Source: Octopus sinensis (lineage: Eukaryota). Taken from it: a stretch of 64,000 nucleotides of DNA. The stretch spans positions 102,920,001 to 102,984,000 of the forward strand of contig NC_042998.1 of assembly GCF_006345805.1 (NCBI RefSeq), written 5' to 3'. Position numbers and translations under genes: made by a program. Positions 12,530-24,368 of this stretch are shown in pieces (the first letter of the stretch is position 1; each line of letters begins with the position of its first letter). A model generated the notes under the pieces. The model saw only the letters and a program-made list of their open reading frames with translations. It was not told where the DNA came from and made no database searches.

Positions 12530-14800
12530 ATTTATTCCTATTTTCTTATAGATTATTTGTGATTTTATCAAAAGTTTAGTGATCTCATAGACTGCGTGAG
12601 AAATCTAGATGTATGTCCTCTGCCGAATGCAAGATATAAGAGCTGGACTTTAGGTTGTATTGAAAAGTTGTTTTCAATTCATCCTTTAAGAATATAGAGG
12701 AAGAACGGTGATCCTGAATGATGGTCAAGTGTTTGTATTCTATAAAAAATATTCTGTTGTGTTCATTATATCTGCTCTAAATTCTTAATGAAGATATAAT
12801 CTCTAACGTGAATATATCGTATGGAACTTCTGTTTCTGTTATGTGAGAGATACTTTATTATATAACAATGCTACCTCTATAAAGCAAACATGGATATTGC
12901 ATTATTCCTGTTGCTAATTTTCATTTACTAGTTATTCACTTAACGCTGTGTGTCTGTTGCTCGGTAATTACGAATATATCTGGCATGGATTTATCAATCC
13001 TGAAGATACTTGTCTAATATAATGGGGCAGAAAACATCAAGGGCAATAAATTTCTTTGTACAGGTAACAACCATAAAGCCAGCAACATTTCTAGACTTCC
13101 GACCGCATTGAGATGACTATTCTTATCCTTTTCAAGCTTATTCTTCAATGCTAATATTATTTACCTGCCAGTAAACAATACGCCCAGCCACATTTCATGT
13201 GATGATCACACACGATGAACCATCACTTATTGCGTCATAGAGAAACAACTATTGTTCTTGTACTGGATTAGCTAGTAATATGAGTTTACATTTTATGTAG
13301 TTTTCTAGTCTTTTTTACAATTAGAATTGAACAACATGAGTAGCATAGTGAAGAGAAATGGAATACATATACAAGTGTGATGAAAGTATTTAATTAACGA
13401 AGAATTTAAAATGCCTTTTTCGGCAGAGGTCAATGTAAACAAGTCAGTGGTAATCGTTGAGAGATGAAAATTAAGAATAATTGGTTATGTATGTAAACAG
13501 GTGACAATGAACGCTGCTAAATTTAATGTCCTGCCTGTGAAAAGAGAGTGTCGTGCTGAAAATAGACTTAGCTGGATGAACAAGAGTGAATCAGTTGCCT
13601 GAAAGAATGGAGATTTCATGTGCTTTTAATACGATTTCAATATTTCTTAAGAAAAGACGAATATTTCCTTACAGCATGTGAAAACCAAAGGTAAATATAA
13701 GTACACTTCTTTTTTTGCGTAAATATGGAGGAAATTATGTTTAGAAACTCCAGATATGAATATATGATCTACAATTTTGTTAGTTGAAATGTTGGGCTGA
13801 AAATCCACCCTGAGTCTGGTGAGATGAGTGGTATCAAGAAATTTGCGAAAACGACCACTGTTATCACTTGTGCATTAGTCAATGTAAAGTATTCATGTAG
13901 TGTAGCAGATCTGGTTAGCGGGAATTAAGCAAAAGTTTTGGGAGACAAGAAAGTAGTATTTTGGGCAGTTTAACAGGATATCTGAAACGAAAATATTTTA
14001 AGATATTTAGCTGGCTGCGACTGGAGTCTAATGAATTTTAAAATCTGTCGTGGTGGAGATTTTCTGTTTCTTCTGAAAGAAGAAAGAAGAGGCGCGAAGA
14101 CAAGCAATTGTGGAGTTTAATTATCAGGGAAGTAAAAAGTTGAAATTAAAAGTAGTGTGCAATATACGAGTAAGGGTTGCTAGCGAAGAAATCAATCACC
14201 TTGCCGAACAGTCAGCGGAAGACAGAAGTATTGAGAGAAGTAAATAGTCGATTGATGCGAGACTGGCAGAAGGAATAGCGGAGATTAAGAATTTATGAGC
14301 ATCACATTGGGTTGTGGAGAGGTAGGTATTGTCGACAGCGATAACAGTATCTAGAAATCTGGCGAACCTCAGAAATCCCGGGTTGGTGCCGGCGTGTACC
14401 AAATATGTTTCTAGTAGTATGTCACCCTTATAAAACCAGATATACAGGAAATGGCATTGAACATTTTGGGCATTTTTACTTGCATATGAGATCATGGGCT
14501 CCCATATTTCTGAGCCTAAGACCCATGATGGCACTAGATATCTTGCAATGGTTGATCTCTGTATTATGTCTGTAGGGATTCGAAAGTGCTATGTTAGCCT
14601 TATTGGGTCTAAAGTATTAGGCTGTGCAATCGCCGGCGGGGCAAATATCTGATGCCCGGTCTTATACTAGTGCGCTTCGAAAAGCATGAAATCTGTGAAA
14701 GCTAAACCAGGTGAAGCCGACTGTTGCTGCAATAGCTCATGCACGGATATTGCTGGTATTTAGCAGAGGGAAATGGTTAATGAGTGTTTTCCTCAGTCAC
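12530..14800 (-). mobile_element. Very old, degenerate CR1/L2/Jockey-group LINE (APE to RT)
   Basis: Minus strand gives colinear remnants: SNIR (APE motif I) near 14750, 'CDAHK' (GDFNAH-like) near 14300, 'FQYNLKSS' (QYGFRS-like) and 'DH*TFDKI' (DISKAFDKV-like) near 12560-12680. Many stops and frameshifts. Confidence 0.35.
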
Positions 14801-15451
14801 AAGTGGACAGCCATTATATTTGTGTGTGCGCGCGAGCGCGTGTGATTGTGTTTGCATATATATGTGTGTGTGTGTGTGTGTGTGTATATACGTCCTGTTC
14901 TTGTTATCACTTTCACCCTCCGCAAAAAATCCCAAATTTTATTTAATTTACGTTGTGGGAAGGAGTGTTTCAACGAAGTCGCGTATTGTCCATGCCTTCT
15001 GACGCGGAGTGGATGAAACAGCAACAGCTGATGAAGGGTAATATTCTTTATGTTGCATGTCTCGTTTCTCTGTCTGTTTGTTGGGTTTTTTTTGTTAGAA
15101 AAAAAGTACGTTTCTACGTTTTTGTTTTTATGTTTTCGTTTTCCATTGTGTTCAACGTTTTTTTGATGTCATGTACCCATATATGCATGTATATATAAAT
15201 ATATATATATATATGTAGGTATGTACATATATATACATATATATGCATATATATGTATACTATTTATATTATTATATGATCGAACGCCATGCATCCTTTT
15301 CCAAGTAAGTTTTATCAATCTATCTATCTATCTATATATATATATAATATATATATTATATATATATATATATATACAAGCAAGTACAGAGATAAGCAAG
15401 TTGGATTTGTGAATATATAAAGTATATTAAATACATGACATGTAATATATA

Positions 15452-15492
<41 letters not shown>

Positions 15493-15541
15493 CATAGACA
15501 TATAAAAATGTCCGACACAGAATACAAGTCATGTAGAAAAC

Positions 15542-15815
15542 TAAAGGGGATGAAGAACAGTATTACAAATCCAGCAGCTGTTTCTGAAAGCTAGGTGGTC
15601 CACGATAATATTTGTAGGTTGATTCCGTCATAGAATGAGACGAGCGTCCGTCTTCAGAGAACTTCTTTTCTTTAACACCTGAAATATAATATCTCTTCCC
15701 GAAAGACTGAGGCTCGTTCCGTCCTATGATGGAATCAATCTACAAATATTATTATAGATCAACGAGCACCCGGAAATAGCTGTTGGATGTATAATATTAT
15801 TCCTCATTCCCTTTA
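15542..15815. mobile_element. Fold-back MITE-like element (~120-bp imperfect inverted arms)
   Basis: taaaggggatgaagaacagtatta...gtctt (15542-15655) pairs with ...tcctcattcccttta (ends 15815). Central pairs such as ataatatttgtaggttgattccgtcatag / ctatgatggaatcaatctacaaatattat are read directly. Confidence 0.75.
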
Positions 15816-15865
15816 ATTCTTTATATCATTTGTATTATTTGTACGCCGGACCGTTTATATGCCTC

Positions 15866-15903
<38 letters not shown>

Positions 15904-15906
15904 TAT

Positions 15907-16025
15907 GGCGGTGCCCCAGCATGGCCACAGCTCATAAGCTGAAACTAGAATCAATCAATCAATCATATATATATATATATAAGCTGAAACTAGAATCAAT
16001 CAATCAATCATATATATATATATAT
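15907..16025 (+). mobile_element. Isolated CR1/SINE 3' tail with duplicated 45-bp end
   Basis: ggcggtgccccagcatggccacagctc...gctgaaactag(aatc)n matches the family A/CR1 tail. aagctgaaactagaatcaatcaatcaatca(ta)n occurs twice (15936-15980, 15981-16025). Confidence 0.7.
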
Positions 16026-16283
16026 CACAGTGATCACCGTGACCGACCAGGCTATCAGATGTTGCTACACATCGATGGTCACAATGCGCTTCAAATGACA
16101 CTCCACCCCGCTGGTTAAGCGAGGAGGCCAACAGAAGAAAGAGTGAGAATATGGTGAAAGAGCACAACAGGAATCGCCACTTCCCCTTGCCGGAGCCGCT
16201 TAATAAACGCTCACAACGTCCGGACTGGAAATCGAATCCGCGATCCTACAAACTTGAGTCCGCTGCGCTAACCACTGGGCCAT

Positions 16284-16286
<3 letters not shown>
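16026..16286 (-). mobile_element. tRNA-derived SINE family E
   Basis: Minus-strand head gcaatggcccagtggttagcgcagcggactc...ggattcgatttcc (A and B boxes). Body and tail match the plus-strand copy at 48443-48643. Confidence 0.85.
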
Positions 16287-16318
<32 letters not shown>

Positions 16319-16369
16319 ACACACACACATACACACACACGCACTCACACACACACACACACATACACT

Positions 16370-16426
<57 letters not shown>

Positions 16427-17129
16427 CAGTGTACATTTAAGCGCAATAGAGGAACCCACTCATGAGATTCTTCACGCAAGAAAGAATACCTATCTTCTAA
16501 AACCACAAAATTAGGGATAAAATCCCGAAAGGAACGAAATGTAAAAATAAAAACTTTTACCATCTAGTTTCCAGGACCAATTCGTTTCTAATTTTAGTTT
16601 AGCAAATAAAAAAAATTGCTAGGTGAAATTGCCATCAACAGGTACATTTCAGATTTAATATATAAACACTAGGCAATCAATTATATGCCCCTTGCTTATA
16701 CATCCTAATTTTTTCAAATCTTGTGCCCAGGCGCAGCTCCTCGTCGGCAATAAAAAAAATGCCAACTTTTAAAATTCAAAAATTATCCAAAACTTACAAT
16801 ACTTAATCATTGTCGAAGGGAAATAGAAATTAATAGAAATTTATAATAATTTTCGAATCGACTGACCTCCTTCGTCAAGATTTCGGAAAGAGTTAACAGA
16901 TGTGTCTGTGTATGTAGGAATGTATAAATGTATATATGTACATATATATATATATAATATATATATAATATAATATAATATAATATAATATAATATAATA
17001 TATATATATATATAATATATATATATATTTATACTGTAAAATTAGATTTATTCTTAAATCTAATTTTTCCCTGTAAGTTTGGATTTACTCCCTAATATTA
17101 TTATTATATCTATATATATATACATACAT

Positions 17130-17214
<85 letters not shown>

Positions 17215-17316
17215 TATAAAACATTATCAAATAGGGTAATAAAATAAATTATTATTACCAGTGGCCTAGCACAAAAGACGAATTAGTCATTAGACTATAT
17301 ATTATTCATATAGAAA

Positions 17317-17611
17317 TATAATAAAAGGCTTCCAAATAAGGAAGCGTAGTGCTAGAAACACAAAAAGGGATAAATTCATCAAAGGAAAGAAAATGAAAAA
17401 CACTTACCATCTCAGCTATATCCCAGACCGAACGGTTTCTACCTATTTTTAGCAAACACACAGAATATCTGTTTGCTGAAAATAGGTAGAAACTGTTCGG
17501 TCTGGGATATAGCTGAGATGGTAAGTGTTTTTCATTTTCATTCCTTTCATGAATTTATCCTTTTTTGTGTTTCTAGCTCTACACTTCCTTATTTGGAAGC
17601 CTTTTATTATA
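17317..17611. repeat. Near-perfect 295-bp palindrome (142-bp arms, 11-nt spacer)
   Basis: Arms 17317-17458 and 17470-17611 differ at about 7 positions by manual alignment. Confidence 0.95.
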
Positions 17612-17619
17612 TATATATA

Positions 17620-17663
<44 letters not shown>

Positions 17664-19665
17664 ATATATATATATAAATTATACATATATCGTGTAAAAC
17701 GTATTACACATAACTGATTGTGTATGGTTATTCGAAGCTGAATGGCATTTCAACATTTATAGCTTATATCAAATATATATTAAACATGCTATTTCCAGAC
17801 GGATTCACCAGAAATTCTCTTTCGCCTTAGATACTTAGCGGAAAAAATATTGTCTCCCTTGTCTGCCAAATGATGACGGTGCGTCGCTTTTACACAATAC
17901 ACTCGGCGTACAGATGGATTCTATAATTTCTTGCTGGAGACGATCAAATATTTGCATAAAACATTACCTCACTCTTACCTTCAAATCGACGTTGTCTGAA
18001 CAAGTGTGTCGTACCACTTGATGTTAAATTTAACCAACTCTAATTAATTGTAAATTTGTCAATAATATAGAGAAACGGACAAGTGAGGCTCGCAAATTAA
18101 TTAGTCATATGATATCTCGGTAGAGAATTAATATATCGCACGCTAAAAAATCAACTTATTGACATAAGATAGGAAGTAAATAATCATAATTATGGAGTAA
18201 AATTAATTATTTTGCATTATGACTGAAATAGCCAATTTCTAAACGGTGAACCTTTCTAGAAACTATATGCCGACGCAAATTATAAACGCAAAAATTACTC
18301 GATAAAGTTGCATCTAATAGATTTAAGCGGTGTTTAAAGCGCATCGTTTTCAGAATGTTTAATTTTCATTTTATTTAATTCTTTTATTTCTTTTATTTGC
18401 TATATGTAATTAGTGGAAGAGAAGTTGTAGTGTCTCCTCTCACAGCATTTGAAAATTATAGGAGGAAGGGTGAAATGTACACCGGGTAGGGGATTTCCCC
18501 CCGTATCTTAGCAAAATGTTCTGTTCTACTAAATGTGGTTAAGAGCCAGCTAGTGGTGTTAAAATGGGGGAACTATTCAGGTGTCCATTAACTAACATAT
18601 TTTGTATGTCTTTTTCTAGAAATGTTTTGTAATTACTTCTAGACACTAAAAAAAGGAAAAAGACAACCTTTCGACCTTTTATTATTTAAACTCCGCTATT
18701 TTCAAATAACTTTAACCAAACAATAACTGTATGGCTATATTCGAAAACTTGAGAAAATGGTAGAATGGATATAACTGGAAGATTCACATGAATATAAACC
18801 TCAAGCATAAACGGAGGTGTTTAAATGCATATATTCAGAAACTTACGCTGAAATTGACGTATTAATAATTCGACAGGACTTGTCAAGCGGAAGAAACCTT
18901 ATCAACATATTGTTAATATAAGTTCGCCTGACGGTTTTATTAGCCAACAATACCCTAAAGGAATTATCTTGTGTATAGAATATTAAAATAAGCCAAATTG
19001 GTAAATACTGACTCATAGCTTATTTATATTCTTATGTTGGTTATAGATGGTCAGGATATTATACATACTCACGTAAGCATATATCTGCAAAGCTTACATG
19101 TAATCATGTGTGGCTTGTAACCTCCTATTAACCGTAAAACTGATTCGCATTTAGTTTATATACATTGCATTGCTAACTCTCCGTCATCTATAAATCTGGG
19201 ACACTTGCGGACACATCACTATGCCGAAGGCACAAATGAATCTATATTATCTGTTTAATGTAAATAAATTATAATTTTTCTACGTTGTAATGTTAGTTTA
19301 GGTATTCATATTTTAATATTATTTACCCGGTATTTCAATTCATCATCAGCAACAATACCGAACCTGGATAAAATGCCCTTAAGACACACTGTTTCGTTAA
19401 CAAGAAGGCGTTTTTTTCTTTAGGTTATTTGAATTTGTATCACAGTAAGGCTGCTATATTTAACTCCATGATGAGTTCAGCCAATGAGTTTTCAAGAAGC
19501 CTTCTACATACTATTTTGACTGTATTGAATAAGTTATGAGAATCTTATTTTAGAGTTAAATATGATTTTAATACACCTACTGTATATCTTCAGAAATTAT
19601 TGAACAGATGCTTTTTTTTTTTTCTAAATCATTTTAATATACCTCCATTTTAGTATGCTGAAATC

Positions 19666-20382
19666 ACAACGTATTTCTGTAGTGGGTATATACTAATATG
19701 TGGACATTGACGATTTAAAAGTATGTTATCAGCATATTGGCATAGAAATAATTTTCTTTTGCTCTTGTTTATAAGTTGTTTATAATTTTAACTTTTAAAG
19801 GTATTTTAATATGCTGCCATATTTTTCATGATTTTTTTTTTCTGTAAAAAACCTTCATCCTATATTAGTAGTAGATTTATTATTATTCGCTATAGGGTTT
19901 GGTAACCACTATAATCTGTGGTGAAGAACAAAGAACAATTCACACGTGTGCTGAGGCTAGCCAGTGGATTTTATATTTAGATATCTTTGGGGTGCTTATG
20001 TTTACTCATGACTTTTGCTTCGGCTTTTTTTCCATGGGCGCATGTAAGTATTTCATTTATTTCTATTCCTATTTTCTACTGAAGAGGAAAAATTCTATGA
20101 GATTAATTCCGAAATTCAATATAGAAATAACGAACTTTTTTTTTTTAAATTCTGTTGGCTAGCTTTCCTCGATTTCAGAACAACGTATTTCTGTAGTGGG
20201 TATATAATATGTGGAAATTGACGATTTAAAAGTCTGTTATCAGCATATTGGCATAGAAATAATTTTCTGTTGCCCTTGTTTATAAGTTGTTTATAATTTT
20301 AACCGTTACAGGTATTTTAATATGCTGCCACATTTTTGATGAAATTTTTTCTGTAAAAAAAATTCATCCTATATTAGTAGTA
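19666..20382 (+). repeat. Pair of ~205-bp direct repeats (19666-19873, 20180-20382)
   Basis: acaacgtatttctgtagtgggtatata...catcctatattagtagta present twice, roughly 90% identical by eye. Confidence 0.9.
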
Positions 20383-20404
20383 TGTATATAGATACATATA
20401 TATA

Positions 20405-20759
20405 TTCTCTTTTACTCTTTTACTTGTTTCAGTCATTTGACTGCGGCCATGCTGGAGCACCGCCTTTAGTCGAGCAAATCAGCCGCGGGATTTATACTTT
20501 GTAAGCCCAGTACTTATTCTATCGGTCTATTTTGCTGAACCGCTAAGTGACGGGGACGTAAACACACCAGCATCGGTTGTCAAGCAATGCTAGACGGACA
20601 AACACAGACACACAAACATATACACACACATACATATATACGACATATCCACTCACAAGGCATTGGTCGGCGGAAGACACTTGCCCAAGATACCAAGCAG
20701 TGGGACTGAACCCGGAATCATGTGGTTGGTAAGCAAGCTACTTACCACACAGCCACTCA
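20405..20759 (-). mobile_element. SINE family A, near full length
   Basis: Reverse complement of the 30148-30592 copy: head gagtggctgtgtggtaagtagc, tail ctgaaacaagtaaaagagtaaaagag. Confidence 0.92.
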
Positions 20760-20774
20760 TATATATATATATAT

Positions 20775-20802
20775 ATTATAATAAGAATAATAATAGTAAT
20801 AA

Positions 20803-20873
<71 letters not shown>
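20775..20873. repeat. (AAT)n microsatellite
   Basis: Direct reading; further tracts at 20956-21017 and 21531-21608. Confidence 0.95.
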
Positions 20874-20876
<3 letters not shown>

Positions 20877-20955
20877 CATATCACAGCACATACCCAAGAC
20901 ACACAGAGCTGCGCCCGGTAGTAAAGTGAAAGCACGATATAAAAATATTCTACTG
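20874..20955 (+). mobile_element. Extremely 5'-truncated copy (3' UTR only) of the Dong/R4-like element
   Basis: cacagcacatacccaagacacacagagctgcgcccggtagtaaagtgaaagcacg...ctactg matches 21450-21530; flanked by (AAT)n. Confidence 0.9.
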
Positions 20956-21017
<62 letters not shown>

Positions 21018-21018
<1 letters not shown>

Positions 21019-21527
21019 GATGGTATAGGCACACACCAGAAAAGGTCACAGAAAACGAGAAAGCAACCATACTCTGGGATATGCCGATACACACAGATAG
21101 AGAAATTAAGGCCAACAGACCAGATATAGTTGTCAGAGATCATGAAGAAAACAAATGCTTTCTAATTGATGTATCAATACCGGCAGATGACAACGTGTCT
21201 CTAAAAGAAATGGAGAAACTCTCAAAATACAAAGACCTGGAAATAGAGGTAACTAGAATGTGGAACCTGAAAACAGAAACAATTCCTATCATAGTAGGTG
21301 CATTAGGCATGATAAAAAAATATTCAGACAAATACATAACAAAAACACCAGGACTTACAACACATATAACATACAGAAAATTGCACTACTAGGCACTGCA
21401 CACATCCTACGCAGAACACTTTCCATACAATAACCATCAGAGCATCACAACAAATCACAACACATACCCAAGGCACACAGAGCTGCGCTCGGTAATGAAG
21501 TGAAAGCACGCTATAAAAATAAAACTA

Positions 21528-21530
<3 letters not shown>
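21018..21530 (+). mobile_element. 5'-truncated R4/Dong-clade non-LTR retrotransposon: restriction-like endonuclease domain and 3' UTR
   Basis: RWYRHTPEKVTENEKATILWDMPIHTDREIKANRPDIVV...LIDVSIP...EKLSKYKDL...IIVGALG contains the PD-(D/E)xK RLE motif. After one frameshift: YNIQKIALLGTAHILRRTLSIQ*. Inserted in (AAT)n. Confidence 0.93.
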
Positions 21531-21609
<79 letters not shown>

Positions 21610-22453
21610 TGAGGGAATATCATTCCACACTTTTTTCATTATTGAATTGATAAAAGGTGTTTACATATACAGAAATCATATTAGTAACAAGTATGTCACG
21701 GTGTTAGTGCTTTACGGACATCGCAGGCGGCTATATTTAATCAAACAATACAAGCATTACGTCAATGTGAAATACACCGCCATCTTCAGATGCATAATAT
21801 AGGCTTTCAACATACAGGATATTCTATTATAATTTTTTGCAGATATTTCCTCAGAACTAACTAAAGAATGAAATAATTATACTGCCTTCGAAATGATGGA
21901 GTTTGGTGGGGCGGGCATGTTTTGAAAACTCTTTCTTTTTACATACCTATCCCTTATCATCCCACTCCGGACCTATTTTGGCCAAAGAAAGAGCATTTTT
22001 TAGTATTTTCAGAGGAAAATTGATTTAAGGGTCATTTGGATGTTGCTTCTAGCATATCCAAAGGCAACCCACCTCGTTTTTTTATCACGCTCGCATGTAT
22101 TAATATATTTCAATATTTTTCCTCGTAACTATATTTTTGTAACTCCACTACCTGCCCCTAATTGCTTCTGTTTAGAAATTAAAATATTGAAGAGCCTGAG
22201 AACGTCATTGCTGGTATTCATCCACAGTGATTTTAAAAGAATACGGAGATGTACTTGCTTAGCAAGTGACTTGATCTGAGATTGTATGCTGGAACGAAAA
22301 TAACTGCAGTGTTGAAGATGTTTGTAAATCATTCAAGTTTCACTTCAACATTAAAACTTCATTTGTGTCAAAATATTTTCGTCGCTTTGAAACCGCGACC
22401 TGTTCACTGACAAATCTTCGCAAAAGTGATGAAGCACGAAATATCGTCAGTGA

Positions 22454-22457
<4 letters not shown>

Positions 22458-22497
<40 letters not shown>

Positions 22498-22650
22498 CAC
22501 ACACATACACACACATACACACACATACACACACATACACACACATACACACACATACACACACACATGCACACACATACACACACATACACACCCACTC
22601 AAACACACACGCATACACACAAGCACACGCACGCACACACGCACTCACAC
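22458..22650. repeat. (CA)n/(CACATA)-type compound microsatellite
   Basis: Direct reading. Confidence 0.95.
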
Positions 22651-23729
22651 ACTCATTCATTGCCTTTCATTTTTATGTAGGTGTACCTATGTATGTGCAC
22701 GAGTGTGTATTGGTGTGTGTGTGTGTGTTTCACTGCTGAAGTTGTGTTTGGAAACTGTAAATAAAGTGCAAGTTTCGAGTTTTTGTCGGTAACTTTTTGC
22801 TATTTTTTTCTCCACGTCTTCTAATAGTAATTAGTAATTTCTTCTCGTCTTCCAATAGTAAACTTTTTAAGCTCTTCTCCCAGCTATCAAACTTTCAAAA
22901 ACTATACGGATAATTTTAAAACTTTTCATTTAATCGATGTTTTTACATTAAAACTTGAAAGAGAAAGTGAAAGACTTTGCAAATGAAAATGGAATACTCT
23001 GCAGTGAATGCAAGGAATATTTAAATTTGTGATGAATTAGGTGCAATGAATATTTAAATTTGCGAGATATTGGAGTTTAAATAAAGTCAATAAACTTGAG
23101 AAATCGAAATTATGGGAAATTTCTTAAAACATAAATTTATAAAGATATTTCCAGACGGTCAACCCTTTAATAATTACTTTCTTTTAGTACTTTTAGTAAT
23201 TGTTAAATACCTAATTAATAAACCACATTCCCTACTATAATATAGATTTTAGAATGAGGCGGATTTTAACAATATAGTGTAAGAGAAAATGCCTTGAGAA
23301 ATTTGTTTCAGTTCTTGCGTTCTGGACTTAAAATTCCACCGAGATAAACTTTATATTAACCTCTTTCGGTATCGATAAAACAAAACACCAATCAAGTTAA
23401 TCTACTGTGATATTTATTTTATCGGATTCGTTGTGATCAAATTTATTTGAAATCATTCAAGACAATAAAGTTTTAAAAGCTGTTTTACTAATGCTGATGA
23501 CTTTTCTTCTCATTAGATTTATAATATCAATTAAATAAAAGTTATTTTCTTGTTAAGAACTCAATTGTAATACATTTAGGTATATCGCCTTTTGCCTGAG
23601 TGAGCGCATATGTCTATCTTCTGCACACAAGAGAATATCAGCAGTAAGAGCTACTGTATATGAAACTTTTAGTGAATAATTCTTGTTAGATATCATCTCT
23701 TTGAAACAATACATTTATCTGAATTACTA

Positions 23730-23969
23730 TACTATAATCTCTCGCCATATCGCAGTTCTCCTATCGCGGTTCACCTATCAGGATTTATTATTTAACCCTA
23801 CGTCGATTGCTTCGTGGTGGTCTTTTGAATTTATAATAAAATAAGTATATACAAATTACTAAAATCATAAAAGAAAATATACAATACAGTATTGTTTCTA
23901 CTTCGTGAAATTTCATTTATCGCGGGAGTTTTGGAATGTAACACCAGCGATAGTCGAGGGATTACTATA
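23730..23969. mobile_element. Tc1/mariner (pogo/Tigger-like) MITE, copy 1
   Basis: TA-ctataatctctcgccatatcgc ... gcgatagtcgagggattacta-TA degenerate TIRs; homologous to copy 2. Confidence 0.7.
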
Positions 23970-24169
23970 CTTCAAATATTAGCATCTATCATTCATCTTA
24001 CAAAACATTTAAAATCATGCATGTATATGATATTGCAGGTAAGTCTGTGACACATAAACAAGTGCACAAGTACATATACACACACATAACTCAAGCACAC
24101 ACAGACACAGACAGAGAGACAGACCCAGACACAGATACATATACACACATACACACACACACACACACA

Positions 24170-24368
24170 TACAGTTATCCCTCACCATATCGTGGTTCAC
24201 CTATCACGATATATTATTTAAGCCTACGTCGATTCCGTAGTGTTATTTTGCATTTATAATAAAATAAATATGTACAAAATATAAAAATCATTTAAAAAAA
24301 TTTACAATACAGTATTGTTTGTAGGAAACTTTTGAACGTAACACACGCGATAATCGAGGGATTAATTC
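24170..24368. mobile_element. Tc1/mariner (pogo/Tigger-like) MITE, copy 2
   Basis: TA-cagttatccctcaccatatcgtgg ... cgcgataatcgagggattaa. Internal ctacgtcgatt and tacaatacagtattgttt shared with copy 1. Confidence 0.7.
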
